64,000 nt of DNA from Moniliella sp. 'wahieum'. Taxonomy: Eukaryota. The stretch spans positions 310,001 to 374,000 of the forward strand of contig RSEE01000063.1 of the NCBI GenBank assembly GCA_003971905.1, read 5' to 3'. The translations under genes and the position numbers were made by a program. Every line of letters begins with the position of its first letter. Within the stretch, counting starts at the first letter, position 1. The notes beneath the pieces are model-generated. The model was given only the letters and a program-made list of their open reading frames with translations. It did no database searches and was not told where the DNA came from. Shown in pieces: positions 38,771-51,693 of the stretch.

Positions 38771-38972
38771 TTCATATCATGACAGAGCTTAAGGCTGGGA
38801 CAGGGGGAACGCTACGTCTAAACCGAACCGTTCATCTTGCGGGGGTTTTTGAAAGCGCCACTAAGGTCAAGGAACCAGGGGGATCTCGCTAGGATATCAG
38901 GACCCTCCGGCTCTCGCCATCCGGTCCCGTACCCTAGGAAGCGCGTGTGGGCACGGACGAACGTGGTTGACA
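38771..38972 (+). repeat. Dispersed repeat family R, copy d (~200 bp)
   Basis: GACAGAGCTTAAGGCTGGGACAGGGGGAACGCTACGTCTAAACCGAACCGTTCATCTTGCGGGGGTT... Confidence 0.88.
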
Positions 38973-41900
38973 GGCCTCCTTTTATAATTAGATGCCTCTG
39001 CGCCCATACCCAACTCTGGCTCCAATCCATCACCTTCTCCTCATCATTCTGCGCGCTGAGACTCAGCGCGCTCAACCGGCTTCCTAGGCCAACAGGTGTC
39101 ACATGTCACCGGTCACCAGCGGCGACACAACCGAACGAGAAAACCCAATATTTTTTGCCTTTTTGTGCGACAGCGGGGTGCACGCGCGAGTAGTACTTAG
39201 TAGCCGTGCATATATAGATGCGGCCGCGGTTGCCCGTCTAGGTACGTAGGGGCGCTGAATAAACCATATCCCCTAAGAAGGCCCAAGTGGGGGGTGAACG
39301 TGTGAACGCAGCGTTACATCCGTACGAAGACAACTAATACTAATATTGATTGCAGCGCGCACAAGACGCACTCCACATCAGTTGTTTTACTGCGCTTACT
39401 GCACCGAGGGAACAGCATCGTAAGCGTAACCCTTGAAGCTTGAAGCTTGCGGTGTGGAGCAAAGCTTCTTACAACATACGCCGCTATAGCGGCCGTCTAA
39501 GGATGCAACAGTCCGGATATACGGTCCAATACAAAGAGAAGTGACTAGTGACGCGTGACGACTAGAGGCCAGTGTGACACAAGTGACTGCAGTGACTAGT
39601 ACTAGTAGTACTTCACTAGTACCTAGTATAGCTAGTGGCTAGTGATGCATGATGCATGATGTATGATGTATGATGTATGATGATGATGCATGATGTACGA
39701 TGCATGTTGCTAGATGGAATAGCTTCAAGCTTCAAGGATATCGATCGATTGATCGATCGATCATCGATCATCCGGCACAATCGCTAATGTTAGCTTTGAC
39801 GAGTGTGTGTATTATAAAAGTACTTTGCCGAGGTCTTCTGGCCCCTCAGGCCTCAAATTCCTCAAACCGGATCCCTCCCACATATTTTCTCCCTTGTTTC
39901 TCTGTTATATATTGTTTCTGTTATATATAGATCTGGACATAAATCATATGGGGTGCGTTTCGGGAGAAGAGAGATATGATGCAATGCATGATGGGTTTTT
40001 CATCCGTCAACATAACTATGTTGTATGGTGTCGTTAAAATACTGCGAGAAGAGTACTGACTGCCACAGAGTAAGCCCTCTCTTCAGAGGCGGTGCGTGAG
40101 GCGTGAGGCGCGAGGCGTGCGGTGCGGTCAGCACAGGTGCCTGCTCTGCATTCTTTTTCTCCAACAACACCAACACATTAGTTAAAGAACAGATTCAGCC
40201 ATATCTATGGTACATCATTGCATCACCATCTTTGTACGCCTACCAAAATGGCATTGTCAGTGTTACGAAAGGGTGGAGATTATCGATCGATTTAAAGAGA
40301 GAAAAGTCCGTTAGGGACAGAGCATATATATGGGTGAGTCGCATACATATAACAGCGCCAGAGATGATGTGTGAACAGCTACATGCATATGGTGGCGTTG
40401 ACAACCTCGCCGAGACCCGACGCTAGAATCCGACGAGAGTTTGGAAGAGTGTCGGGTGTCGGGATCAGACTCGATCATAGTTGTCTGGCCCCCTTGATTT
40501 GTTCTCCACCCTGTTTCCCCCCCTTTGGATTGTGCCCTCTTTTCCTCGTGTGACTTAGCTCGCATTTCTCTTCTCCGAGACATATATATACCCCGCTCTC
40601 TTTCCACAACACTCGATGAATATGATCCCCATCCTTTCCCCCATCCCCTCCTGTTAGGTTTGATCCCACTCACAGCCTTCCGGCTTTCAGCCCAATCGCC
40701 ACCCCCATGTCCGCTGGACACATCTCTCTACCCTTCCCCTCCCCTATACACCACATGTCCGCCGCCGCACACGTGCTATTGCGTCCCACGCGGCCAGCTG
40801 AAGGAGGAGGATAAATGAGGATGTGGTTCTGAAGAGAGGTACAGGAGACTGTGAGAAGGGGAGGGGCCGTATATATAGGCGAGGTTACCAGGAGCAGAGG
40901 GAGCGTCCGGGCGGATAAGAGGTTTCATGCCTATCACGCAGGACGGCGTGTGATGATTGGGCATCCCCAACAAGAGACAGCTGGCAGAGGAGAGGGATCT
41001 GAGCCAAAGAGATGTGCTTGATGCGAGGAGCCTCTGATCCTCAGTCAAGCTATAGCTTTTTGAACAGAAGCGAGGCTGTCAACCTCTCGTCTACCCGCGC
41101 CTTTTTAGTTACCCCCGAACCAATCATCCCCAGCGCTGCATGGTGGAACTGTCAGTCCGGAAGCGCCTCCAACCAGAGCCGACAGAATTGGGCCCCCGTC
41201 AACAACTCCACAACATGTTAGCTATTGCCGCCGCCGCTGTCACCGAGCCGGCCACACCCCTACCATCGCCGCCAACGCGCCGTAGATTCTTTTCATTTTC
41301 TTTTACAGTGCGGCCGACTTTGGAGAAAGTTGCAGGGAGAACTGGGGCAAGGGAGAACGTTTAATTGTGACGACGCCACGGTACCTATATGACAGGATTT
41401 TCGGACAAAGATTAGGCATCACGGTGGCCATGCAGCGTATGAGATTTTGGATGAAGACAGTTTGAGGGCTTTTTGTCCTCTTCATTCTGTACACGCGTGT
41501 TGAACACGAGAGGGACCCACAATTCGAGAGGAGTGGCGCGTGGTCCTTAGTTCTCGCTTGGGAGATGATCTTTGTTCACGGTTGTGGCTTCGGGAAAAGG
41601 CCGCGGTCTGTGAGGCATGACATATATGCCTAAAAGATTAATGGTATTACGTATCTATTAATGGTGGTACTGTATACTCTTCAGACCAAAACATACTTAT
41701 TAACCATCGCCTGATTCGCTTCATTTAGTTGGAGAACGAACGGAATGATGAGAGTTGTGATGATCGAGATGGACGCTTTCTTCTGTACGGAGTTTCGACG
41801 GATTCTAGGGGAGACGACAATTCCCGGGGTAAGAAGGACGATAACTTTGAAGACAAGGTCATGAGAGCCAGTGTGGAGCCCGTGCCTATTCGGATGATAG

Positions 41901-42726
41901 TGTAGCGACGCAAGTATGCCAGAACGCAAGCGAGACACAACAGTCTCTACGATGCAGACAGCGAATACAGCGGAGAGAGGGGGGGAGTATTGAGTATAAG
42001 CGGGAGCGGGATACAGGTGGAGGTAAGGCAAATACAGGCGTTGCTACGAGAAGAAAACAAAAGCTTCTGAGTAGGTAAGCTAACTGAAGAAGGCCTAGCC
42101 AGCCACGTGGCAACAATAGGATGCGGCTGCCTCCTTTGTACCAGTATATTGCGCCCCACACGCGTGTGTTGAACGTTGAGAGGCCATAATCAACAAAGCC
42201 AATGCCTGTCTTATCATCACTTTCGTATAGCCCCCCCCACTACGGATGCGAGCACGATGCCACCCGCCAAAATCTTGGAGCTCAGCCTGTGAGCGACAAG
42301 CAGGTTCAGGTTGTGGTCACCAGCTTCGTACTCCAATGTGGTCTGATGCTACCGCTTGGGCACAACTCAGTGGCTATTAGGACCCGCACTCACAATCCCA
42401 TCCAAAAGTTTGATTTTTGCCACGTTTTACACGAAACTGTTCGGGAACCGATCTTCAGGCCCCATGTTCCGACGTACTGCGCTCCATCCCGGACACCGAC
42501 ATTCTCAACGAGTGGGTTCGGGAGGATGAGGACAAATGCGTTTGGGGAGGAAGGACATCATATACGTACGGATTTTACCGAGTAGTGATGCTAGTGATGC
42601 ATGATGGGACCAGGAGTGCCCGGGAGATCAGGAATGAAGCTTGAAGCTTGAAGCTTGAAGGCGGATCACACACCTTGAGGGAGAGTCCTGAATTCGGAGG
42701 TGCAATATAATGATACCAGCCATTAT

Positions 42727-42841
42727 CCCCCTGGTTCCTTGACCCTGGTGGTGCCCCCAAGTAACCCCCGCAAGATGAACGGTTAGGATTAGACGTAGCG
42801 TTCCCCCTGTGCCAGCCTTAAGCTCTGCCAATGACATGGAA
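42727..42841 (-). repeat. Dispersed repeat family R, copy e
   Basis: CCCCCGCAAGATGAACGGTT..AGACGTAGCGTTCCCCCTGT..CTTAAGCTCTG. Confidence 0.88.
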
Positions 42842-44236
42842 TCAGTGACGCGGAGGGGTCATACAAAATGTCACACGGGAGCCACACATGCTACTAGCTT
42901 CCAAGTATTTTCGCGAGACGGTAACGTTTTTTGGTAGCTAAAGGTTTTAGGCCGTTAGGCGTTATGACCCTGAGACCCGAGGGCCTGAGAGTAGCTGGTA
43001 ACCGGTACAACTGGTAACCGAAAACGGCAACTGCCTAATAAGGCTAGCAACTGGTATATATATAACCTGTGACATGTGATAACTCGATAACCCTAGTGGC
43101 TTGTGGGCATATGCGACTTGTAACGTTGACATAGTGGTGTGTGATTCTGTAGTACGGGGTGGCGACAGCGAATGTGGTGGGCGCAGCGATCTTCCAGCAG
43201 CGCAGCAGCTTGGGACGAGGCGGGGGGGCGGGGCTTGTGGGGCTAACATGCAACAACAGGCCGATGATTAAGGAGGCGCTGAGGGGTGACCTCACCGGTC
43301 AGCTGAGGCCTGAGAATCTGAGAGCGCTGAGGCGCGGAGGCTCAAATCCAGCATGCACATGGCGTGCTGTGAGCCTCAGAGCCTCAATATGCTGGACGAG
43401 CCGCAGACCTCTCGCTTCGTGTGGAACACGCTATGGCGATGATCGCTGAGCGATGAGCGATCGATGAGCGTTGTCTGTGAGCCATGCGACATGCGACATG
43501 CGAGCGGAATCATCGTCTTATCACCACTCTCGTCTGGGATTGTAGATTCCGGGGGGATCGCGGCGCGTCGGAGAGAAAGGACGATGAAGCTTGAAGCTTG
43601 GAGAGGGTGTGCTGTCGCCAATGCATCCTACGCCCACCGCCCCCAGCCTGGGAGAGGCACATAGGCCAGCACCTAGCACCTAGGCCGTAGACTTCTCCTA
43701 CTTGCGCAAACACACCTAGCGCTTTGCAGAGCGAGCTCCCTACAAACTGCTCCGCCGAGGCCAATAAGGCCGGTGGTTGGGGGCTTGAGATTTAGTTGAT
43801 GTTGAATATTGAATCCTCACCGGCCGGTCACCTGAGGCCCAGAGGCCTCAGCCTGATGATCGATGAGGTCGATTGAGATCACCGAGATCATCCTGGTAGG
43901 GACTGGTTCGTTGCTATTTGCGATAGTTACTAGTTACTAGTTACGACTGAGCTCTATAGCTACGAGCACACTCGCGAACTCAGTTGAACGTGTGTACTCC
44001 GTTACAACGCAACACGGCTGAGCAGTGCGTGGTCGACCTGCTAGAGCTCTGTTGGTCGGCGTGTTCAACGTTCAGTGGCATGTTCCTCGGCAACAGATCA
44101 CGCTGCCTCCGTGATGAGGTATGGTCCAGCAGTCAGTTCCGACTTCCGCATCCTCGCCATCTCTTGCCTTACCCGCGTCAAGCTTGGCTGTGGACTGCCA
44201 CCACCACCACCACTCCCTTCGCCCACCCTCGCCAGC

Positions 44237-45718
44237 ATGTCCCGCCTTCATTTGCCTCATCATCTGCCTCATCCTTCGCTGTCAGTCGGTTACCCGCCCC
44301 TGCACCGACACAGAATGAACACACCGCCGAGCACATCACCGAACAGAGGGCGGTGCCATCGTCAGTGACCATGGCACGCTCCCTCCGGTGCCATCGGGTG
44401 CTATGCTTGATCCTTGCCCACAGCTAAGTCATTCTCGCTCACTCTCTTCATCGCACCTTCCTCGACCCCCGTACCCGAATGGATGTTTGAAGACGAATAC
44501 CAGGTGGATGTGATCAACCACATGCTCGAGGTGGAGGTACGTGTCTATTCCGGTCTTATGCCCAGTGGATCTGCCGCTAACGACCCCTGTTTTGTGCCTA
44601 CAGGCTGCCGCCATGCCTCAGGTTGCAATGATTGACACTCAGCCTCAAGTTGGGTGGACCATGCGTCGATTCCTGATCGACTTCCTGGTTGAGGTGCACC
44701 TGAATTACAACATGGGCTGCGAGTCAGTTCTGTACCAGGCGGTCAACTTGGTAGATCGCTACATGTCCAAGCGGGTCGTGCTGCGCAAGCACTACCAACT
44801 CATGGCGTGCTGCGCACTTCTCATTGCCAGCAAGTACGACAACGCGAAGCTCACCGACCTTCATTGCAGCACTGCCGCAAATGTGCCAAGACGCGTTCGA
44901 CGACAAATCTTTCATCCAGATGAGCCAGCCATCCTTTTCACCTTGTCCTGGAGACTGGGCCAACCGACAGTGAGCGACTGGATTTCGTTGAAGTGCCAAA
45001 AGCTTCACGATCCTGTGGAGGTTGAATATGTGGCTCATTACTTAGCCCAACTCAGTCTCTACCATCGCGCGCGTTCGTCGGACTCTCTCGGCATCTTTAA
45101 TAGGGGCAGTCCACCCTATTGCTCGGGCGATCTGTGGAATTGAAGGTGCTTCAACCCCAAGCCCTTCTAATACCCCTGCGACGGATAAGTTGGCAGTCGA
45201 CATGTTGAGTCGTCTGGTGATGGATCCTTTGGGCGAGACCTCCTCTTTGCTCATCCAGAAATTTTCTAGTCCCCAGCGGGCCAAGGCAGCGTACCTGGTA
45301 CGGAAGTACGCTGAACGATTGGCGCGTCCGGCCTTGCAACAGCATCTTGTATTGGAACCCTCGCATACTGTTGGGGGTCTCGTCTCGCCTGTACCCTCTG
45401 CCATGGTTCCCACCTCATCCCGTCAATCTTCCATCTCTGCTCTGTCCATGACCTCGAGTGGGAGCTCCATTCCAGCTACCCTGCCAGGAATGTGGACATG
45501 TCCTCGGGCGGCGTCCCTGTTATTGCATCCGGGCATCACCACACGGCTCCATGGATGCTGCCTGCCCCCGCTGCAATGCCTATGCCATCGACGGAGCGCT
45601 TTCCTTCAAAACGCATCCTCCAACCGCTGAAATTCAACCACACCATCTTCACCATCACCGCCACAGCGCGTCGGGTCAAGCCGCTGCACCTGTTGCATTT
45701 CCCCATCAGACGGCCTGA
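44237..45718 (+). CDS. Cyclin, G1/S (Cln1/Puc1-like); intron ~44537-44604, ends approximate
   Basis: Cyclin box 'MIDTQPQVGWTMRRFLIDFLVEVH..AVNLVDRYMSKRVVLRKHYQLMACCALLIASKY', preceded by 'EYQVDVINHMLEVE'. Ser/Pro-rich tail. Confidence 0.85.
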
Positions 45719-47155
45719 TCTACGTATTCTTCCATTGGCAAGCGCTTCAAGCTCCTACAGGCTCTTACACTCTTTTTTTGTCGTGTCTTCCCTCTTCCGT
45801 CGTCACATATCACCCTCTCAGATCTCAGATCTCAGATCTCACCATCTCTAGCTGCTGCACACCCTAATCACAGCGCAATCAAGACCTGTCTAGTGCAAAC
45901 AATCACTACTGCACGTTGCACTCACACCCGTCCTTTAGTGCATATAATCCCTACCCTCTCGTGCCTTTCCATCGACCGTCCTTGGAACTCTCACATGTCG
46001 TCCCTCACTATACTCCGTCGCTCCTTCCTAATCACTCCGATTCGCGTCCTAGGGCCTCAACGTACAAAACAATCACAACGTATTAACCCCCCGTTTCCCG
46101 TTTCCCGTTTCCCGTTTCCCGTTTCCCCTTTCATGCCTGTGCCACATGCGTTTCCTCCACTCCACACACCGTCCTGCAAGTTCTTTTTTTTCCCGTCGGT
46201 CCCCATGGCCGCCCTTGTGTTCGGCCACACACTGCCTCTCATGCCTTTTGATCATCTGTATTCCATCTTTGGCTGGGAACTCTCCAGCATGTTCTTGTCT
46301 GAGATCTGTTCCTTTTGTTCTGTGCTTCCTGTCGTCACTAAGAATCTTCCCATCTTGTCGATCGGTCGTGAATATTGAATTGTAGGTTGAACGTCGAGCA
46401 AACACCGCCATTTACCTCGCCCCCCCCCCACACACATCAGACCTGTCTCAGGGTTTTGGCACCTTCTTTTGATGCTTGAATTTACAACTCTCCAGTATAG
46501 GTAACCATCTGGCGACGCGATTCTAGTCGACTTGGACTGCCAAACTGGCGATGCTCACACAGGGGAACATGTAGAGATCCGGAGCTGGAACCCGCGAAGA
46601 TGGGGCATACCAGGCGTGCATGATGCCTCCATGAGGCCTGAGGGCCTGAGGTCAATTTGTAGATACAAAGGGCAGGCAAATTCCGTCCCATATTGCGTCG
46701 CCATGCATCGTGGAGTCTGTCGGTCGTAGCGGGGGGCCAAGCACCAAAGGAATGGAAACCCGGCCACTAGGGTTGGAGCCAAAAGCAGAAATAATTGCGC
46801 CGACAGTGGCGGTGTGCCGGGTGCATATCCTCATGGGCACCAGGGCAGTCTCGAGGTCCCGCCGGGGCCCCCAGTTGGGCGATGGCCTCTCCTTGCGGCA
46901 ACGCCTCTTCATCTGAGCATCAAGCTTCAGCTTCGAGTACGACAGCCGGGCGGCCTCAAGGTAAGCGGATGCTCCGGACACGGATGTGGGCATACGATGG
47001 GTGGATTGCCAACCCAAGACGCCGGCACCGAGTCCCTTCCATCCTGCCTGGACTCTCCTGGCTCCACCCGCCAAGGCCGGAGCAGCGGGACAAAGTGGAT
47101 TCTGAACGCGGCGAAGCTGACTCTTCCCTGTGTGTTGGCAGGAACCGATTCGCAA

Positions 47156-47734
47156 ATGCTGCAGATTTACAAGGACATTGAGATCCCCGTCCCTGCCGAT
47201 GTGGAGGTTAAGGTCGCCTCGCGCGACGTGTGGGTCAAGGGCCCCGGGGCGAGCTGAGCAAGTCGCTCAAGCACCTCAACATGGAGGTGCGCCTGGTCAA
47301 GGACTCCAAGAGCACCAAGGTGCGCTTTGTGGTTTGGCACGGGGGCGGAAACACGTTGCATGCCTGCGTACCGCTGCCTCGGTTGTGCCAACATGATCAA
47401 GGGCGTGACAAAGGGGTTCCAATACAAGGTCCGTGCGGTCTATGCCCATTTCCCCGTCAACCTGATCATTGCAGGTGACAAGCGTGCTGTGGAGATCCGT
47501 AACTTCCTGGGAGAGAAGCGGGTACGCCACGTGCCCATGCGCGAAGGCGTGACGATCACGGAGGACAAGGCACAGAAGGACCAAGTGCTGATCGAGGGAA
47601 ACGACATCAACGCCGTCTCCCAGTCGGCTGCTGACATGCACGGTGCCTGCCTCGTGCGCAACAAGGATATCCGGAAGTTTTTGGATGGCCTTTACGTTTC
47701 GGCCAAGGGCACCATCGTCCAGGACGATGAGTAA
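47156..47734 (+). CDS. RPL9: 60S ribosomal protein L9 (uL6); frameshifted in assembly
   Basis: 'VKGPRGEL', 'NMIKGVTKGFQYKVRAVYAHFPVN', 'EIRNFLGEK', 'VRNKDIRKFLDGLYVS'. Confidence 0.96.
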
Positions 47735-48539
47735 GGAGGAACTTAGCATCCCTCCGTTGCTTATCCTCCGGGAGTGAGGGGTATGTGTCCCCTCTCCACC
47801 CCCCCTTGCTGGACTTCACATTGAGTCTGCCTTTATGTTCTGCCTGGCCACTTTGGCCTGGTCGGTATCCTGATGCCGACTACTGTCATCAGACAGGTGT
47901 CTATGATGGTATCTAAAACGACTGCATGCGGCTAGTCCCCCCAGATTATGTTGAGACTGCCTGTAGCTCTTGCGCGACAGACCGATAGCTAAGTGGCTCT
48001 GAACCAGTTCAAGATAGGGTGCTGATGAGGACAAATTAAGCGCTAGACAGTAAAGGCGAGCGAATGATGCAGGAACAGCATGCAGGGAGCAGGGGTGTAA
48101 GCTGGAGCCAACAAGGGCATTGGGGGCGGAGTGCTTTACTTTTCAGATAGAAGCAAAAGCGGTATGACGTGTGGGACAATGACGGAACGCGCTGGACAGA
48201 AGCAGGGGACATGTAGCGGGAAAATTTAGCACGGGCAATGGCGAGTCGGAACAAACGGCAACGAGGGAGAGGAGTAGAGAGAGCAGGTTGAACGTTGAAG
48301 ATCAACCACTGTCTTCCCTGCCCCTTCCCAGGAGGTGAATGTCCCCTCTTCATAGAAGGGATCGAGACGCTGAGAGGAGTGTAGGCGGGCCACAAACAAC
48401 GAACACCCTGGTATCCAAGGCACACGAGGTACGAGATGGGTTGGATGTGAAGCGATTCCATCGGGGAGATAAGAGCGGAAAGCAGGTGAGAGACTGATAA
48501 CTTGCGACGGCGCAACTGCTCGTCGGTAGTGAGCAGAGC

Positions 48540-50040
48540 TCATGACAAAAAATATTGAGAACCTATGCCGTTTGATGTGCCAACAAGGGGCGTGTCCGAT
48601 GGCCGAGATCTCGGCGCCCCTTGTGTCGGAGGCGGGCTGATAACATGGCGTCGCATGGTGCCCGTTACGCTGCCAGACCAGGGCAGGCCATTCTGCCCAA
48701 CGTGACTTTGTGGCCGGGAAGCAGCATTCTGGGCCAGAGTGGCACCCGATTGATCAACGCCACCTGACAAAGATGGCATCAAAGGCATCGAGCCCAATCC
48801 AATGGGACTGACTGGCCCTGGGCTAAGCAGACGTGGGCTCAGGGGGGCGGGACTAAGCCGATGTGGGCTGAGGGCGCCGGTAGGAATTCGGTTCCCCCCC
48901 GCCAGGCTACCTGCTTCGCCAAGACTGCTGACGCCGTTCAAAGAGCCAGGCAGGGCGGCGAGTCCAAGAGGGGTGTGGGGGGGATTGCGCATCTCAGACG
49001 GGAGAAAGTAGCGCTCGGAAGGCCGTGAAGCTACATGAGGGAAATGCGTGGAGGGTAGACTGAGGGAGGCATGGTGTCCCGGTTGCGTTGTGGCACCCAT
49101 GGCGTTCCCGGCTGGGGAGACAAAGCGTTGGTCGCCGCCATCCGGACCGACTTGGTGTGCAAATTCTTCTTGGCCATCTCAGTTTTCAGCACACATCCTC
49201 GTTCCGCATCGACAAGGCGACCATTTAAGTAGTCGCGCGCAGACATGGCCTCGGCGCGAGTGCGAAACTTGGCAAACCCGATAATTTGCTCGTTGCGCAT
49301 CCGCGGACCCGATTGCGTCCCAGCTGCACCAAGAGACGGGAAAGATTCCTCGGCTGCCGGCGGCGAAGGGAATTTCAAGGAAGCAGCTTCGAAGCGGGCA
49401 AAGACAAAGTAGTTCTGCTCACTCACGCTCAGTAACGTCCTCAGGAAAGCCAGCAAGAAAGACGGTGGTGATCTCCTCGTTGGGGTCTTGCTTGCTGGCC
49501 CGATTGGGCATGGGCCCAGGGGGGTAGGCGTGCGGGTAGGCGCGGTGACCTGGGCCGGTAGGGCCAGGCATAGAGCCCTGGCCCATGTACGCGTAAGGAT
49601 CGGCCTGAGGCAGGGGCGAGTGGGGGCTTGGCCGGCGCGCTGGCGGAGGCACGGAGGGAGGGAGGGCCAGGTGGGACAGGAGGTGGGACAGGTCGGGCTC
49701 CTGTTCGCCCCTGCTGGGCGCATTGGCCGCGGTACGAGAGGGGTCGAAGGAGGGGGCGCGGGAGTCAAGCGGGTGAGAGGGGGCAGGGCAGGAGTGGAGC
49801 GCGGGGGCGGGTCGAATGGTCCGACGGGATCGAGGCCTGGTTCGAAGGCGCGGACGGGAAGGGGGGCGGCACTGAAGGAGAAAAGGTCGTTGGGCCCCAG
49901 AAGCGGTCGCCCGGGGAGGAGACAAAGCCTAGAGGCTGGGGCGCGTCGGCGGGGGGAAGCGTGGGTGCATCGGCGGGGGCATCAGCTGGGGCATCGGGGG
50001 GCGTGTCGGCGGGTGGGGCGTGGGGGCCGTGGGGGGGCAT
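48540..50040 (-). CDS. RRM RNA-binding protein, Scw1/Whi3/RBPMS-like
   Basis: 'EEITTVFLAGFPEDVTERE', 'QIIGFAKFRTRAEAMSARDYLNGRLVDAERGCVLKTEMAKKNLHTK'. Confidence 0.8.
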
Positions 50041-50811
50041 GGGGCGAGGGCGGCATGGCCTGGGCGAGGCTTGGGGTGCGAGGGAGCGAACGCGAGGCGC
50101 GCGGCGTTCAATAGCAATCACAAGCCCAGGTGATGGTGGGGAGACGAAAAACCGGGTGCCACCTCCCTCGAGCCCCAAAGCTTAAACTGACGTCCGCCAC
50201 GTTCCGATTGCAGCGGCGGCGCAGCGCCAGTGTCGGCCGAGTGGCATGTGACATGTGACACCGGCATCACTTACACTGGGCGCGTGCCCTGGTACCTGGC
50301 TCTCATCCCTCCCCTGCAACACAGCTTCTTGCCTGGCTAGTTCCGCCTTTTCCGCTCTGATCTGATCTCACAGCCTTGAAATGTGAAAACAGACCATCCG
50401 ATCCACAACACCGTCGCCCGCCCAGAGTGCTTGTGATCCAGCGTTCAAGCTAACCTTCACCACACGTTCCATCACCGCGTGCTCGGTGAAGACAGCAATC
50501 AGCGCCTTTCAAGCAGGGTCAAGCACACTATAACAGTCAAGCGCCAAGCTTCAAGTCAGCCGCTCATGCTGGTCAAGAACAGCCATGGTTACATGAACGT
50601 GATGCTCCCACATCCCAGATGGTGTTGGCACATTCTACGCAAGGTTGAACACACGTTGATCCGACAAGCAAACCAGAAACACAGGACAGGGGTAGAGTGC
50701 GGATAGCAAATTGAAAGTTGGTTGAGCATGCACTAAGGCCCTGCTAGGGAGGCATCCTGGGCAGAGGCCCACCAAAGGAATGAAAAGGATTCATGTCAAA
50801 TGGGGAGAAAC

Positions 50812-51693
50812 TTAGGCAGCTTCCTCGGTTGCAGGCTCGGCTGGCGCTGGGGCCGCCGCCTCGGGCGCAGCCGCCTCAGGTGCGGCCGCCTCAGCCTTCG
50901 GCTCGGCCTCCTGCATGTCCGAGGTCCAGAGTGTCAGGTTGTCTCGGAGCAGCTGCATGATCAGCGTCGAGTCCTTGTAGCTCTCCTCGCTGAGCGTGTC
51001 GAGCTCGGCAATTGCATCATCAAACGCCTGCTTGGCCAGGTGGCACGCACGGTCGGGCGAGTTGAGAATCTCGTAGTAGAACACGGAGAAGTTGAGCGCC
51101 AGACCCAGACGAATGGGATGCGTGGGGCCAGTTCGGAAGCGGCCAGTCTGGAAGCAGCCTTGTAAGCCTCGAGCGACTTGTCGGCACTGTCCTTGCGCGT
51201 TTCGCGGTGGAGAACTCGGCGAGATAGCGGTGGTAGTCGCCCTTCATCTTGTAGTAGAACACCTTGCTCTCGCCCGAGGCAGCCGAAAGGAAAAGGTGCT
51301 TGTCCAGCACGCTGAGAATGTCCTCGCACACCTTGGCCAGCTCCGTTCTCAATCTTCTCGCGGTACGACTGACCATAGCCACCTGGGCCGTGTTGCCCTT
51401 GCTCTCTCCTTCTGCTCAATGGAGGAGACAATGCGCCACGAAGCACGCGGGCACCAATGACGTTCTGTAGGCGACCGGAGGCAGGTTGCGCTCCTAAACG
51501 TCAGTTCTTGGTCGGCCGATGCGACGGCCTTCATACTCTCGACAATCTCTGTGCATCCAGGCAGGGTGAGCAATGGGGGGCGAAAGCAAGAGGCGGGGCG
51601 CAGGCGCAGACGAGCAGGGCAGCACGTACCATCGTATCGCTCGGCCTGCTCGGCGAGCTTGGCCAGGTAGACATTGTCCGCGTGGGTGCTCAT
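50812..51693 (-). CDS. BMH1: 14-3-3 protein; intron 51549-51629, several frameshifts
   Basis: '[13 protein letters not shown]', '[18 protein letters not shown]', '[54 protein letters not shown]'. Confidence 0.97.

Noticed and set aside
38771..38972. Hammerhead/HDV ribozyme or tRNA-derived SINE in family R
   Set aside because: I could not find CTGATGA/GAAA cores, an HDV pairing scheme or A/B boxes by eye.
46090..46130. (CCCGTTT)5 as part of the heptamer system
   Set aside because: It has period 7 but no TNA centre or palindromy, so it is an ordinary microsatellite.
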